Shown: one piece after another, positions 63,830 through 64,000 of the stretch
How positions within the stretch are numbered: the stretch's first letter is position 1
How the letters are laid out: each line of letters starts with the position of its first letter
Virus record (IMG/VR): IMGVR_UViG_3300019776_000961
Coordinates: 129,221-193,220 of that record
Direction: 5' to 3' (one strand)
DNA length: 64,000 nucleotides
From: a virus
Made by a program: the position numbers and the translations under genes
Notes under the pieces: generated by a model
The model's database searches: none
What the model was told of the DNA's origin: nothing
What the model saw: only the letters and a program-made list of their open reading frames with translations

Positions 63830-64000
63830 TCAAGCAAGAACCGGCTCAACAGGTCCAGCCGGTACATTTAGAAAACGCTCCTCGACATAATAACGATCGT
63901 ACCTGCATAGATCATATGTATTAGAATCCCAATCCTTTTGAGCCTCTTTCATATAGATGTTGATAGCCACAGCGGCGTCTTCTTTGGATGAATAGACACC
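63830..64000 (-). CDS. C-terminal part of a hypothetical protein entering from outside the window
   Basis: Own translation ...GVYSSKEDAAVAIN...EPVLA-stop; the TGA is inside the -35 box of the next cassette. Confidence 0.6.
   Translation of the reverse strand, partial: GVYSSKEDAAVAINIYMKEAQKDWDSNTYDLCRYDRYYVEERFLNVPAGPVEPVLA

Larger units (their letters stand above)
57683..63833 (-). repeat. Dispersed array of 13 promoter+start-codon cassettes (about 45-50 bp each)
   Basis: 35-bp promoters at 57695-57729, 57921-57955, 58167-58201, 58577-58611, 59029-59063, 59327-59361, 59634-59668, 59812-59846, 61192-61226, 62305-62339, 62972-63006, 63597-63631 and 63799-63833. All read -35 hexamer, 17-nt spacer, -10 (TATACT/CATAAT/TACAAT), 6 nt ending in GT, then ATG(A/G)AAAAT. 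Confidence 0.93.

Noticed and set aside
57683-63833. Repeat array as a CRISPR array
   Set aside because: The intervening sequences are protein-coding and range from about 170 bp to more than 1 kb. The repeats are degenerate promoters, and no cas genes are present.
57683-63833. Repeat array as integron attC cassettes
   Set aside because: There is no GTTRRRY/RYYYAAC core pairing or attC-like palindrome in each unit, no integrase in the window, and every unit carries its own promoter.
57455-63867. Apparent conserved peptide LEVPFKFQYTD/ERMKN in several ORF-track translations
   Set aside because: It is the in-frame translation of the repeated promoter. Other copies have the same DNA geometry without an open upstream frame, so the true starts are the MKN ATGs.
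1-64000. Stop-codon reassignment, as seen in some large phages
   Set aside because: Core genes are full-length in the standard code, and TAA, TAG and TGA all end genes at tight junctions.
1-64000. tRNA, tmRNA or rRNA genes
   Set aside because: No cloverleaf with a T-loop GTTCRA and matching acceptor stem was found by eye in the intergenic gaps. A tRNAscan-SE/ARAGORN run would be needed to exclude them fully.

Overview
This is a 64-kb segment of a large AT-rich T4-like (myovirus-type) bacteriophage genome read in the standard code. No tRNA, rRNA or CRISPR array was seen. Recognisable core genes are gp46/gp47/gp55/uvsW/uvsY, gp62, GroES, a DinG-like helicase, gp15-gp20-gp13-gp4-gp21-gp22-gp23, a gp5-like hub and an S74 tail fibre. 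Accessory content: (i) a dispersed 7-deazaguanine DNA-modification pathway (folE, queD, queE, plus an operon queF-kinase-Nmad1-formyltransferase-DpdA-like transglycosylase; no queC in the window); (ii) a 10-gene glycosyltransferase/GDP-sugar operon; (iii) about 20 unrelated late proteins that share short N-terminal leaders ending in Glu, probably capsid-targeting/gp21 propeptides, attached to cargo such as a HiPIP, an AdoMet-decarboxylase-like enzyme, a nuclease-like protein and a protease; (iv) a glycine-zipper polyprotein inside the head operon; (v) from about 57.7 kb to the end, 13 near-identical sigma70 promoter cassettes whose -10 box lies exactly 6 nt before an ATG(A/G)AAAAT start (leaderless MKNKN genes), packed stop-to-promoter and resembling PeSL-type shuffling units. 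Late TATAAATA promoters also sit 5-10 nt before start codons, so the phage appears to rely on leaderless mRNAs throughout. All family assignments come from motif recognition by eye, not from database searches.
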